Shown one piece after another: positions 29,519-38,813 of a stretch of DNA of 64,000 nucleotides (positions are counted from its first letter, which is position 1; each line of letters begins with the position of its first letter). The notes beneath the pieces were generated by a model. That model made no database searches. It worked only from the letters and a program-made list of their open reading frames with translations, and was not told the origin of the DNA. A program made the translations under genes and the position numbers. The DNA lies in IMG/VR virus record IMGVR_UViG_3300035698_018317, positions 124,001 to 188,000 of that record, one strand, 5' to 3'.

Positions 29519-30256
29519 GTGGCTACAAAAGAAAGATATCAAAATCCAGTTGTTGGAGATAGTGTAAGATTAAAGCTATTTTCATTTAGGTCAAATAACA
29601 GAACGAATTTTAATTCTGTAGACAAAGTAGAAATATACTTCTTAGACCCTGTGGAAGTAACTGAAGAAAATCCAGAGGGTAGAAGATTAGTAGACACTCT
29701 AACAGGTGCTTCTATTGTTAATGTTGAAACAGGTCTATATGAAGTTACGGTAGCTCTGGAAGATACGAAATATACAATAGGAGATTATGTAGATGTGTGG
29801 TACGCCTACATAGAAGCAAATGATGACCTTTCTACTGTAGAGAATACATGGAAGATTTATCCTGATTTATTCTATACAAGTCCTCTTCCGATTGTATATG
29901 ATTTTTCGTTTGCATTTAGACCTAATAAGCTAAGACTTGGTTCCAAACAATATCTTATCATAGACATAGTTCCTAATGTAAGAAATGCTTCGGATTTAGC
30001 AAGATACTATGAAAATCTAGCTATTGTTTCTCCTTTGAAAATATCTATAACACAAGTCTGCGGTGAGTGTTTGCCAGCAGAGGAAGATTTAAGAGTAATT
30101 GCTGAAGAAGAGAATGTAGAATTCCGAGAAAAAGGAAGAGGATATTATTTCTTGGATACAGAAGACTGGACAGAAGGATTGTATGATGTCTGGTTTACTA
30201 TGGAGTTTGGTGGAAACACATATATTTCTAGTAAACAACAACTTCAAATATATTAA
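29519..30256 (+). CDS. Virion protein with two Ig-like beta domains
   Basis: GLYEVTV, GDYVDVW, GLYDVWF patterns; GTG start. Confidence 0.6.
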   Translation: MATKERYQNPVVGDSVRLKLFSFRSNNRTNFNSVDKVEIYFLDPVEVTEENPEGRRLVDTLTGASIVNVETGLYEVTVALEDTKYTIGDYVDVWYAYIEANDDLSTVENTWKIYPDLFYTSPLPIVYDFSFAFRPNKLRLGSKQYLIIDIVPNVRNASDLARYYENLAIVSPLKISITQVCGECLPAEEDLRVIAEEENVEFREKGRGYYFLDTEDWTEGLYDVWFTMEFGGNTYISSKQQLQIY

Positions 30257-30328
30257 ACGCAATACAATTGGTAAAAAAGACAACATTTTAAATGTTGTCT
30301 TTTTTTTCCCAAAACCATATATATCTTT

Positions 30329-31141
30329 ATGGGAGCAACAACAACAGAGGGGTCCGGCGCTGGTTCAGCGGCAGGTGCATTAAGAGGTCTTACTTTAGAT
30401 AATTTACATAGAGTACTTGCCTCTGATGGTAAAAGTCCCTCTACTACAAATGACGGTTTACAATTCGTAAAAGAAATATTAAAAACAAGGACTGTTTCTG
30501 GTACTTCAATAACAGCCGGAAGTGATGATGAACTTATTATTATAACGGCTACTAGCGATGTAACCATTTCGCTTCCTGACCCAACAACCTTTACTGGTCA
30601 GGGATTTATTATAAAAAGAGCCAATAGTGCTACTAGTTCACTTACTTTATTACCAGTCGCCGGAAATATAGAGGGTGCTTCTAGTTGGCAAACTATACAT
30701 TCTAGAATTGGGATTCAAGTAATATCCACAGGAACAGAATGGGCAATTACTTCATGGTATCATCCTGATGAAAGTAGTGAATCGTCCGCTTATAAAGCGA
30801 TTATGTCTTCTGAGCTAAATTTCAAAACTATCGCAGATTATACACTGTATGTTGTTCCATCCGATAAAATATTTTTAATTGATTCGATGGAAATAATTAC
30901 TACCGCCATCACGGGTGCCGCCACTGCACCTACTATAAGATTCGGAAATAGTGTAGATAGAGATAAGAATTGGGGACCAACAATAACCACATCTAATACT
31001 TTTAATTTTAGACATGTTGTTAGCAATCCGCAACATGGTGCTGTAGCTGGAACGTCTATCTCGGGGGGGATAACTATTGGTAGTACAGCAACTACTCATT
31101 CTGGATACTTTGTAATCAGAGGCACTTTGCTTGATGTTTAA
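30329..31141 (+). CDS. Fibre-like virion protein
   Basis: DVTISLPDP...FIIKRA motif; N-terminus shared with 50350 gene. Confidence 0.65.
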   Translation: MGATTTEGSGAGSAAGALRGLTLDNLHRVLASDGKSPSTTNDGLQFVKEILKTRTVSGTSITAGSDDELIIITATSDVTISLPDPTTFTGQGFIIKRANSATSSLTLLPVAGNIEGASSWQTIHSRIGIQVISTGTEWAITSWYHPDESSESSAYKAIMSSELNFKTIADYTLYVVPSDKIFLIDSMEIITTAITGAATAPTIRFGNSVDRDKNWGPTITTSNTFNFRHVVSNPQHGAVAGTSISGGITIGSTATTHSGYFVIRGTLLDV

Positions 31142-31680
31142 TCTTGAGGTTGGACTGGGTTAGTCGGCGTTTGGGACAATTGTTGTTGTGGAGTAGCTTG
31201 AGGTTGTTCAACGCTCTGGACTCGTTGCATCATTTTTTCTAATTCGCCACTAAAGCTCATTATCGTGCCATCAAATTCATTTCCTAATCCAGCAGCCTGC
31301 AATTCTCTTCTTAATGTTTGTAGCCCTTGATTTATATTAGTTGCAGCCGTAAGAACTTGCTGTACAGATTGTTGCTGTTTTTGAGCGTTCTGTTGAGCCT
31401 GTGCTGTCTCGACGCCACCAGCGGTTTGTGTTTGCGCTACTGGTTGCGATGGTACTTCATTCCCTGTGGGTTCTGGCTGTGTTGCCACATCTTCTTGTTC
31501 TAAACTCAGTTGATTCATATTAATTCGTATATTTCGCTCACGACGAATAAGGTCATTAATTTTTTTTGAATTAGGGCCAGATTGCTTTTGTAATTGTTTT
31601 AGCTCTTTCCTAAGCTCTTCTAATTCTTGAGCAAGAGATTCTTTATTTCGTTGTTCAATATATTTATTAAATGTTCTCAT
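31138..31680 (-). CDS. Gln-rich coiled-coil putative head-internal protein (MRTFNKYIEQ)
   Basis: Capsid-targeting-like N-terminus. Confidence 0.75.
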   Translation of the reverse strand: MRTFNKYIEQRNKESLAQELEELRKELKQLQKQSGPNSKKINDLIRRERNIRINMNQLSLEQEDVATQPEPTGNEVPSQPVAQTQTAGGVETAQAQQNAQKQQQSVQQVLTAATNINQGLQTLRRELQAAGLGNEFDGTIMSFSGELEKMMQRVQSVEQPQATPQQQLSQTPTNPVQPQD

Positions 31681-31985
31681 TATTTATTTCCTAACAATAT
31701 CAATCCATCCCTCACTGGATGCCCAGCACGATTCCACAAGCTGAAAGCTTGCTCTGCTGACATATTCTGAGGATTTGTAGCTAATACTCTCTTTTTTATT
31801 TTAGAATAACGAATCCCATTTAGCACATCTTTAAAAAATAATAACATTGAACTACGATTATTCTTTTCCCCAAATAAATCAGAGTCAACATCAGTATCAG
31901 GTAAAGACCTCACATCGTCAATAAACCCTTGCACGACGGACTCGATTGATTCATCTTGTTCAGCATATTCACTAAATGTTCTCAT
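31680..31985 (-). CDS. Putative head-internal protein (MRTFSEYAEQ)
   Basis: Capsid-targeting-like N-terminus; CTAAATAA upstream. Confidence 0.75.
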   Translation of the reverse strand: MRTFSEYAEQDESIESVVQGFIDDVRSLPDTDVDSDLFGEKNNRSSMLLFFKDVLNGIRYSKIKKRVLATNPQNMSAEQAFSLWNRAGHPVRDGLILLGNK

Positions 31986-32034
31986 TATGATTATTTAGGT
32001 GATTAGTTATTTATTTAGCTTACTAAATACTTGT

Positions 32035-33321
32035 ATGGAATTTAAAAAGTGGATAAATTTATCCGAAGGTATTTTGGGGTATGTCATTGCAGCCTGTATC
32101 ACAGAAGGACGGAAAGCCCCAGAATCTCTTAGAGGTAGTGATTTTTCATCAACTTTATTTGACACAACTCCTAAATCCAAACAGATTTTAGGAGCGGATG
32201 CATGTCCAGTAAATCCTCTTAGTGGTTATGATACACACATTAAATCCATACAAAAATTTGCATTTTCAGGACCAGACCAGTTTGCCCAGACAATGCTTTT
32301 TTCTCCATTATCAGCAAATGTTCCATTTACAAAGCACTGGGATAATTTCCAAGTGCTTATGATGATATTGAAACATTATTTCCCAAACAAAGTAAACCCA
32401 CAAAAATTAGAATTTATAGTTGATGCATTTAATGATAAGTATCATGCAATGGCTCATACTATAGCTGGATTTAAATATAACACAATTGCTGACATATGGA
32501 ATAATAGAGAAAAATTATTCAACGAACTTCCCAAATTATCTAAAGAGGGAGATGATGAAAAGTTGATAAGAAGATTGTCTGAAATCCCCGGTGTCCAGTC
32601 TGTCAAAGCTGGATTTATTGCTCAATTGTTATTTGGTAAAGCAGGCTGTATAGACACTCACAATATAGATATTTATAGCAAAGTATTCCCAGATATGGCT
32701 GATGAGTTTGACGAAAAGAAGTGGAAGGGAAAAGATGGAGCTAAGAATTATGTTGCTTTGTTAAGAAAGTTGGAAAAAGAAAAGAAAGTAGGCAGCAAAC
32801 AATTGTGGGATATTTGGGTAGATTTTGTAGAGCATTTCTATCGTCTTGTATCAACGCATGGCGAGGGTATCTATGCTGATATGGGGTCTTCGTTGAATCC
32901 AGATGACCCAGTTTATCAAGCAATAAAAGAAAAAGAAATAAAAATCCCTAAAATAAAAATAGGTCAATCCACAAAAAGACAAGCTATGGTTCCGGTTGTT
33001 TCTGGTAAGCATGGTATGGGTGCTAGTGCAACTCATTTACAAGATGACCCTGATGAAATGCTAAGACAGTTCCAACGAATACAAAGAGGTGAGGAAGGCA
33101 GCATTGCTTCTAAAGCAGTTCCGTTCAGAGCGGGTTTACATGACCCATCAATTGGAATGGCAACACAACCATCTTCGCTACACTATTTTGGAAAAGCTCT
33201 TAGTGACAAGGGAGAAGTAGACCCAGATAGGATTAGAGACATCATAAATAGACGACAAAAGCGGGGCGGTAAAAAAGCGTGGGCCGCACGAAATGCAAAA
33301 CAACAAGGAAATCTTTTTTAA
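32035..33321 (+). CDS. Protein with HhH DNA-glycosylase-like core (start corrected to MEFKKWINLSE)
   Basis: LSEIPGVQSVKAGFIAQLLFGKAGCIDTHN; TAAATA motif before ATG 32035. Confidence 0.6.
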   Translation: MEFKKWINLSEGILGYVIAACITEGRKAPESLRGSDFSSTLFDTTPKSKQILGADACPVNPLSGYDTHIKSIQKFAFSGPDQFAQTMLFSPLSANVPFTKHWDNFQVLMMILKHYFPNKVNPQKLEFIVDAFNDKYHAMAHTIAGFKYNTIADIWNNREKLFNELPKLSKEGDDEKLIRRLSEIPGVQSVKAGFIAQLLFGKAGCIDTHNIDIYSKVFPDMADEFDEKKWKGKDGAKNYVALLRKLEKEKKVGSKQLWDIWVDFVEHFYRLVSTHGEGIYADMGSSLNPDDPVYQAIKEKEIKIPKIKIGQSTKRQAMVPVVSGKHGMGASATHLQDDPDEMLRQFQRIQRGEEGSIASKAVPFRAGLHDPSIGMATQPSSLHYFGKALSDKGEVDPDRIRDIINRRQKRGGKKAWAARNAKQQGNLF

Positions 33322-33337
33322 TAAACTATATTAAAGC

Positions 33338-33886
33338 ATGGATGAAGAAGATTTTATAGTAGACAATATTGTTTCTCACAAACCCAAAAGAATTAAATCA
33401 GGCAAAAAGGGCAAGCGTGTAGAGTTAAATCTCGTAAAGGCTCTTAATGAAAGATTTAGTAAGTTATTCTTGTTAAACCCAGATTGGGGCCAGTTTTCAA
33501 GAACCATTGGTTCTGGAAATAGATGGGGCCAGCAAGTGGTATTACCAAAACATGCAAAAGACACCTTCACAGGCGACCTTGTTTGTCCTGAAAATTTTGA
33601 ATTCGTAATTGAATCAAAGGGCGGATATAACGATATAGATTTGTGTTCTGCGTTTGGTGGAAAGTGCAAAGGCTTAGATAATTTTTTAGACCAAGTAACT
33701 AGCGATAGTAAAAGGTCAGGAAAGAAGCCTTTGTTGGTTTGGAAAAAAGACCGAAAACCCAGTTTAGCATTTATTACTAAAGAACTTCCGCATCCATTCA
33801 AGTGTTCAATGAAATATAATGAATGGACCGCAGTATCCTTAAAGGATTTGCTTGAGTTAGACGATGAGTTCTTTTTTTCTAGCTAA
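33338..33886 (+). CDS. Holliday junction resolvase (Hjc-like PD-(D/E)xK)
   Basis: KGKRVE, GDLV, FVIESK motifs. Confidence 0.8.
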   Translation: MDEEDFIVDNIVSHKPKRIKSGKKGKRVELNLVKALNERFSKLFLLNPDWGQFSRTIGSGNRWGQQVVLPKHAKDTFTGDLVCPENFEFVIESKGGYNDIDLCSAFGGKCKGLDNFLDQVTSDSKRSGKKPLLVWKKDRKPSLAFITKELPHPFKCSMKYNEWTAVSLKDLLELDDEFFFSS

Positions 33887-33972
33887 ACCTGAGATGATAT
33901 CGCAAAAACAGCAGCAAGAAGAGCAAGAACTGCCGCTACAATGGCTATTTCTATTAATGAAAATTTTCCCAT
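33883..33972 (-). CDS. 29-aa hydrophobic peptide MGKFSLIEIAIVAAVLALLAAVFAISSQV
   Basis: Manual translation; TAATG overlap with upstream ORF. Confidence 0.55.
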   Translation of the reverse strand: MGKFSLIEIAIVAAVLALLAAVFAISSQV

Positions 33973-34142
33973 TACCTTCCTAACAACACCAAAGTTCCTT
34001 GCATATCTAATTTGCATTGTTCTAAAGCATCACAAACCAAGATGCCATCTGTGTGGCTAAGTGGTGGTGATGTGGTAAGAAGGATTTCATCAAGCAGACC
34101 CCGTATATCAGTTATATTTGTTCTTATTTCTTTTGTTTTCAT
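33972..34142 (-). CDS. Small helical protein, paralogue of the GATase C-terminal domain
   Basis: DGILVCDALEQCKLDMQGTLVLLGR. Confidence 0.75.
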   Translation of the reverse strand: MKTKEIRTNITDIRGLLDEILLTTSPPLSHTDGILVCDALEQCKLDMQGTLVLLGR

Positions 34143-34144
34143 CT

Positions 34145-34339
34145 TTATACTTTCTCTTTGGCATCCTCGCATGGATACGGTCGTGCTTTTGCTGCGGCTA
34201 AACTCTCATAAGGGCACTTGAATGTTCTTCCCTCGTTCAAGTGAGCGGTACACGCTGTTCCGGGTTTGCCTTTATCTATGTCACTGCACCTATGATGCCA
34301 ATAACACCAAGTTTTATATTCTACTTCTTTTGTTTTCAT
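34145..34339 (-). CDS. Small Cys/His-rich protein
   Basis: ORF track. Confidence 0.6.
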   Translation of the reverse strand: MKTKEVEYKTWCYWHHRCSDIDKGKPGTACTAHLNEGRTFKCPYESLAAAKARPYPCEDAKEKV

Positions 34340-34533
34340 CTTCCTAACAAATCTAAAGACCCTTCCATGTCTAATTTAGATTGCTCTAAAGCATCGTCCA
34401 ACATAACACCATTAGCAACGGTCAATTGTCTGCCTTCTACGTTAAGTAAAGAAAGAGGCAAGTATGACTCAATTTTATCAAGTTGGTCCCGAAGGACAGA
34501 TATCTTTGTTCCAATTAATTCTTTGATTACCAT
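34336..34533 (-). CDS. Small helical protein, paralogue of the GATase C-terminal domain
   Basis: NGVMLDDALEQSKLDMEGSLDLLGR. Confidence 0.75.
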   Translation of the reverse strand: MVIKELIGTKISVLRDQLDKIESYLPLSLLNVEGRQLTVANGVMLDDALEQSKLDMEGSLDLLGR

Positions 34534-34548
34534 ATATATTTATCAGCC

Positions 34549-34728
34549 TTAGAATTTTGTCCATTGAAGCATTACGTGTGTATTCAAGCATACTTGCCCT
34601 AATACATCGACTAACATATTGCCATCTCCTACTGTTATTCCAGAGACTTGTGCAATTTTCTCGATTTTACCAAGCATCTCACGCATGGCCGTAATGCTTG
34701 CCTCAACTTTTTTTGGAGTCTCAGCCAT
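34549..34728 (-). CDS. 59-aa divergent paralogue (MAETPKKVEASITAMREMLGKIE...DGNMLVDVLGQVCL)
   Basis: Manual translation. Confidence 0.6.
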   Translation of the reverse strand: MAETPKKVEASITAMREMLGKIEKIAQVSGITVGDGNMLVDVLGQVCLNTHVMLQWTKF

Positions 34729-34731
34729 TAC

Positions 34732-36054
34732 TTATTTACCAAGCAACTTCAAAGACCCTTCCATGTCCAGACTAGATTGCTCTAAAGCATCTGCTAACAT
34801 AACGCCATCTTCTGCTGTCATGTCTTCACCGCTTTTCACAACCGTCTCGATTTCATCAAGTTTTTCACGAATAGTGGCAATGGTTGTTTCAACTTTTTTA
34901 ATCAATTCTTTATCCGCCAGTGCGTTGTTATCTTCGTTGTCATCATCATCAATCGTGACATTATTTAATTCTTCGTCCCACTCTTTATCTTCCGCTTTTT
35001 TTTTGGCGGCGGCAGTGTTGTTTTTGGCCCATTTGCCGTTTTTATATATACCATCTTTCCTGTTGTTGTGCTGATTGTATGAGTTATAATTGGTGCTGCA
35101 ATAAGATTTTTTACCAATAACATCTTCGTCATCATCTAATTTGGTAATGACTTCAGCAACAGGTTTATTTTGGGGGATTTTGATTTCATCGCCTTCATGT
35201 TCGAATGACGTAAAGCCAGTAGCTCTGACATCAAACTTACGAAGAGTTTTATTCTCTAGAATAGGATGAGCAGGGTTCGTACTGAGAACCCAAATTTCCT
35301 CTGTAGGAAGCTCAATAAGCTTTGTCTTTGTTTTTACAATTTCAGAAGCTTCTGGACAAGACAGAATAGCACGATGCCAGATTTCTGGTGTACTACAGAA
35401 GAATACTAATCCCAGAGTTTTTCGAAGGTCCATCAGCCAAAGAGGACGATGCCTATTTCTGAAGAGCCAAAGTCGGCGATGACCTTTTTCTAATCTTTCA
35501 CCGATAGCAACTGCCATTTGGCCTTTAACAACTTGAGACCAAATATTACGCAGTCCACTTATACGATGGATAATATTATCATCTAGATTCATACCATCAA
35601 GGTCATCATCTAATATTTCCCCAGCTTCAAATATACGAAGCAAAATTTCTGAATCGCAAGACGAATTAACTTCATACTTTTGTTTCAGAGCTTTATATTC
35701 GATATCAGGGATTCGTCCATTATGTGCAAGACCAATCGTTCGGTCTGTACTTGCGAATGGATGATTATTTTTGTTGACGTGTGCTGTCCCAACACCTGTA
35801 CTCGATGCTCTTGCATGTATAATAAGAAGGTCTGGATTTGCCGCACAAACACTCTTCCATGTTGGGGTGTTAATGAAGTCGGAGGACTTTTCAGGCTCTT
35901 TGTGATAAATGATTTTACCATCACCACTTTGAGTTCCCCACATGCCAGAGGCATCAGTTCCACGAACTTCCAGTTGGTCAAAAACAGAGTTCATTATTTG
36001 AAATGAAACTTCTGGTTTTTTACTTTTGCCAATAAATCCTGCAATACCGCACAT
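34732..36054 (-). CDS. Class II glutamine amidotransferase domain protein
   Basis: MCGIAG, RGTDASG, HARAS, NNHPF, HNG, DSE motifs. Confidence 0.9.
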   Translation of the reverse strand: MCGIAGFIGKSKKPEVSFQIMNSVFDQLEVRGTDASGMWGTQSGDGKIIYHKEPEKSSDFINTPTWKSVCAANPDLLIIHARASSTGVGTAHVNKNNHPFASTDRTIGLAHNGRIPDIEYKALKQKYEVNSSCDSEILLRIFEAGEILDDDLDGMNLDDNIIHRISGLRNIWSQVVKGQMAVAIGERLEKGHRRLWLFRNRHRPLWLMDLRKTLGLVFFCSTPEIWHRAILSCPEASEIVKTKTKLIELPTEEIWVLSTNPAHPILENKTLRKFDVRATGFTSFEHEGDEIKIPQNKPVAEVITKLDDDEDVIGKKSYCSTNYNSYNQHNNRKDGIYKNGKWAKNNTAAAKKKAEDKEWDEELNNVTIDDDDNEDNNALADKELIKKVETTIATIREKLDEIETVVKSGEDMTAEDGVMLADALEQSSLDMEGSLKLLGK

Positions 36055-36108
36055 ACATATAAACCTTTTTGTAGTCTGCGAAAAATAAATAGGTTTTCGA
36101 CAAGGGGC

Positions 36109-36136
36109 AGTATATCACAATCCTACGTCAAATCAA
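36109..36136 (-). promoter_or_regulatory. sigma70-type promoter for the GATase operon
   Basis: TTGATT-16 nt-TATACT with TGn. Confidence 0.55.
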
Positions 36137-36146
36137 CTCAAATCAA

Positions 36147-36689
36147 CTAAAATTGAGGAAATTGTTGAGGCGGTTGTGGTGCCTGTTGTTGATTTGGGTC
36201 CATCTGGGGCTGTTGTGGGGGCATTTGTGCCCCTTCTGGCGGTGGAGGCTGTTGTTGAGGCGGTTGTTGCTGTTGCGGCTGTTCTGGAGGAGATTCCCCT
36301 TGTGACGGGGGTAAAGCTTCATTTTCAGGAGGTGCTTCTTCTGGCGAGGCTAATGCATTTACAGGTGCCCCTACACTATCTGCTAATTTCTGTAATTCTT
36401 CTACTGATGCGGTCATAACCTCGCTCAAATCATCTTTTTCATCAATAGCCTTAGAAATGGCAACCCCTACTGTTTGTAGCGGGGCAAGATACTGAGTATC
36501 CTTCTTCGGCCAGTGCGTGTGAAGAATAGTACGTATTTGATTCACTATTTTTTCAGAAGCAGTGACTACTTGACGCTTACCCATTCCTTCACTGTTATCA
36601 AGTAAATTCTGCATAGCGTTAGTTAGGTCGCCTATCTTTTCATTTAAAAAAGATGCGTCTTCATTTAGTAAGTAGTCTCTGAATCTCAT
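36147..36689 (-). CDS. Putative head-internal protein, Pro/Gln-rich tail (MRFRDYLLNE)
   Basis: Capsid-targeting-like N-terminus. Confidence 0.75.
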   Translation of the reverse strand: MRFRDYLLNEDASFLNEKIGDLTNAMQNLLDNSEGMGKRQVVTASEKIVNQIRTILHTHWPKKDTQYLAPLQTVGVAISKAIDEKDDLSEVMTASVEELQKLADSVGAPVNALASPEEAPPENEALPPSQGESPPEQPQQQQPPQQQPPPPEGAQMPPQQPQMDPNQQQAPQPPQQFPQF

Positions 36690-36816
36690 GTTAGTATCTA
36701 TTCTAGAAAAAGTGGTTTTTGCGGCTGATTACAAAAATGCTTGAAACATAAGGGCAATCAAAATAGTGCTTGACATAAATATGAGTTCCCAAATATCAAC
36801 TAATCGCCAAAACCGC

Positions 36817-37455
36817 TTAAATGATTCTGCTTCTGCCAGCCATATTTTTTCTTGTTTTATATTCACTTAAACCTTGTCTTATCGGCGACGGCGCATGACC
36901 ATCTTCCCGTCTCAATCGTTCATGTGTGGTAAGCGGTTTATAGTAGCAGCCAAAGGCGTGTTCTCGTAACGCATAAAGACCCTTTTTTCCTGTATAGTTA
37001 GAACGGAGAACCTTACCTTCTATAAGGTCTAATCTTTCGATACATTTATCATATATGTTCTTCCACCACCGAGGGGGTTCTTTAATGCCTGTTTTGTGAC
37101 ACCAATACTCAGGATGCTCTATTTCAAAATTCTCTAAAATATATCCCTTTATTTGCTTCGAAGAAACCATGGGAGACCGTATAGAAGAAAGCTCTTTAAA
37201 TACATATTCTATTTGTGCTGATTGATAGTCTATGTGGTTATTACATTTTGCATCTACATCACTATGGTCAGGAAGAAGTTTGGGAAGGACTAATTTGGGT
37301 CGATTCACAATTTCTTTTTTTAACTTGTAATGTTCGTGTGCTGTTGTTACAATTCTCTCAATGTTAGCAAGAGCTACATCTTCAAGGCGTAATTGCTCTA
37401 TTTGAGCAGCAATTTCTACTCGCTTATTTTGAATGTATTTTATATCATCAATCAT
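36817..37455 (-). CDS. Coiled-coil plus winged-helix (Mrr_N-like) protein
   Basis: PRWWKNIYDKCIERL...KKGLYAL. Confidence 0.5.
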   Translation of the reverse strand: MIDDIKYIQNKRVEIAAQIEQLRLEDVALANIERIVTTAHEHYKLKKEIVNRPKLVLPKLLPDHSDVDAKCNNHIDYQSAQIEYVFKELSSIRSPMVSSKQIKGYILENFEIEHPEYWCHKTGIKEPPRWWKNIYDKCIERLDLIEGKVLRSNYTGKKGLYALREHAFGCYYKPLTTHERLRREDGHAPSPIRQGLSEYKTRKNMAGRSRII

Positions 37456-37490
37456 AAAAGCATTATAAGATAAATCGGGGAAAAAATCAA

Positions 37491-37979
37491 CTACTTTCCT
37501 GTGCTACCAAAACCACCTAAACCACGGTCGGTATCTGATAGTTCTCCAACTTCTTCGATTTCGCCATAAATGGTCTGTTCGATTTTGAGTTGTCCTATTC
37601 TATCGCCTTTTTTGTAAATCTTAAGAGCTGGTACGAAACCGCTAGCGGAGAATGTTGCCCCATGTGCTCTTTTAATATATGAATATATACACTTAAATCT
37701 AAATCTTATTGAATTTCTGTAAGAATTATCTATAAGTCCTTCGCCATTACAAAGAACTAAATCATATTTGCTCACACTAGACCGAGCAGATATTTTGAGA
37801 TGATACCCAATTGGCAATTCAACGGCAATGCCAGTATCATATTCTATATATCTTTTATCTTTAGACCATACGCCATCATCTATGGCTACAACATCATAAC
37901 CTGAATCGGTTGGAGTCCCTTGAGTGGGTATCTGTGCATCATCATGCGTTCTTTTTACTTTCATACTAATTTTATTCAT
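37491..37979 (-). CDS. dut: Trimeric dUTPase
   Basis: DSGYD, ARSS, GLIDNSYR, GDRIGQL, RGLGGFGSTG. Confidence 0.97.
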   Translation of the reverse strand: MNKISMKVKRTHDDAQIPTQGTPTDSGYDVVAIDDGVWSKDKRYIEYDTGIAVELPIGYHLKISARSSVSKYDLVLCNGEGLIDNSYRNSIRFRFKCIYSYIKRAHGATFSASGFVPALKIYKKGDRIGQLKIEQTIYGEIEEVGELSDTDRGLGGFGSTGK

Positions 37980-38203
37980 ATTTCTTTTCCTGCTGAAAAT
38001 GTAGCAATAACTCTATATGTTTCCAAATTAACGACTCTCATCATGCCATAAAAAATAGAATCTTTTGATAATATTTTAGCTTCTATCCTAGCAGATTCTT
38101 CGTCGTCAAAATCTGTGTGCCTTACATCTTCCCATTGACTGTCTTGATATCTATTTTGTAATGTAAATCTATTCATTATTTTATGCTTCATATAGCATTT
38201 CAT
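37976..38203 (-). CDS. Small hypothetical protein
   Basis: ORF track. Confidence 0.6.
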   Translation of the reverse strand: MKCYMKHKIMNRFTLQNRYQDSQWEDVRHTDFDDEESARIEAKILSKDSIFYGMMRVVNLETYRVIATFSAGKEI

Positions 38204-38801
38204 ATGTGACTAATTCTTTAGGGGGAACATATAAATTAAATTTACCATACTTTTCATTCCAATTCTTTTTCCACCATATATCACATTTTCCATCGGAGTA
38301 CACCTTTTGGTTTCGTTTGTTTTTTATCCACTTTTTAGTAGTGAGTTCATCAAACTTTTCTGGCTTATCCCATTTTTCTTTTGTCCTATTCCAATTTGCT
38401 ATAAGTCTGGTGCAAATACGACAAAGTTCTTTGCTCTCACATCTAGAAACAGATTGTAATTTATGATTCTTCGTGACTCCGACATAGTAATATTCAGACA
38501 TATGATTAAATAATGCCTTTATATCTCTTCCTTTTTTTGTCTTTTCGTGATTCCACCCATAAAACGGCTGGGCTATCACCACTGGGTAGTCGGGCCAGTT
38601 ATATCTAATTTTAAACTGGATGGGGACATTCTTTTTATCGGCAAAATCTGCCCACAAATCTATCCCTGTTTTATCTTCGTCTAACGTAACAGGTCTTACA
38701 TCTTTAAAGTGTTTAATGTTAGTTAGAATTTCAATACATTCGTTCGTGTTTTTATCAGAAACATTCTTTCTGTTTACAAATGACGTTTCGTTTACTGGCA
38801 T
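38181..38801 (-). CDS. Possible PD-(D/E)xK nuclease
   Basis: DEDKTGIDLW...PIQFKIR. Confidence 0.5.
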   Translation of the reverse strand: MPVNETSFVNRKNVSDKNTNECIEILTNIKHFKDVRPVTLDEDKTGIDLWADFADKKNVPIQFKIRYNWPDYPVVIAQPFYGWNHEKTKKGRDIKALFNHMSEYYYVGVTKNHKLQSVSRCESKELCRICTRLIANWNRTKEKWDKPEKFDELTTKKWIKNKRNQKVYSDGKCDIWWKKNWNEKYGKFNLYVPPKELVTYEMLYEA

Positions 38802-38813
38802 AATTTCCTTTCA

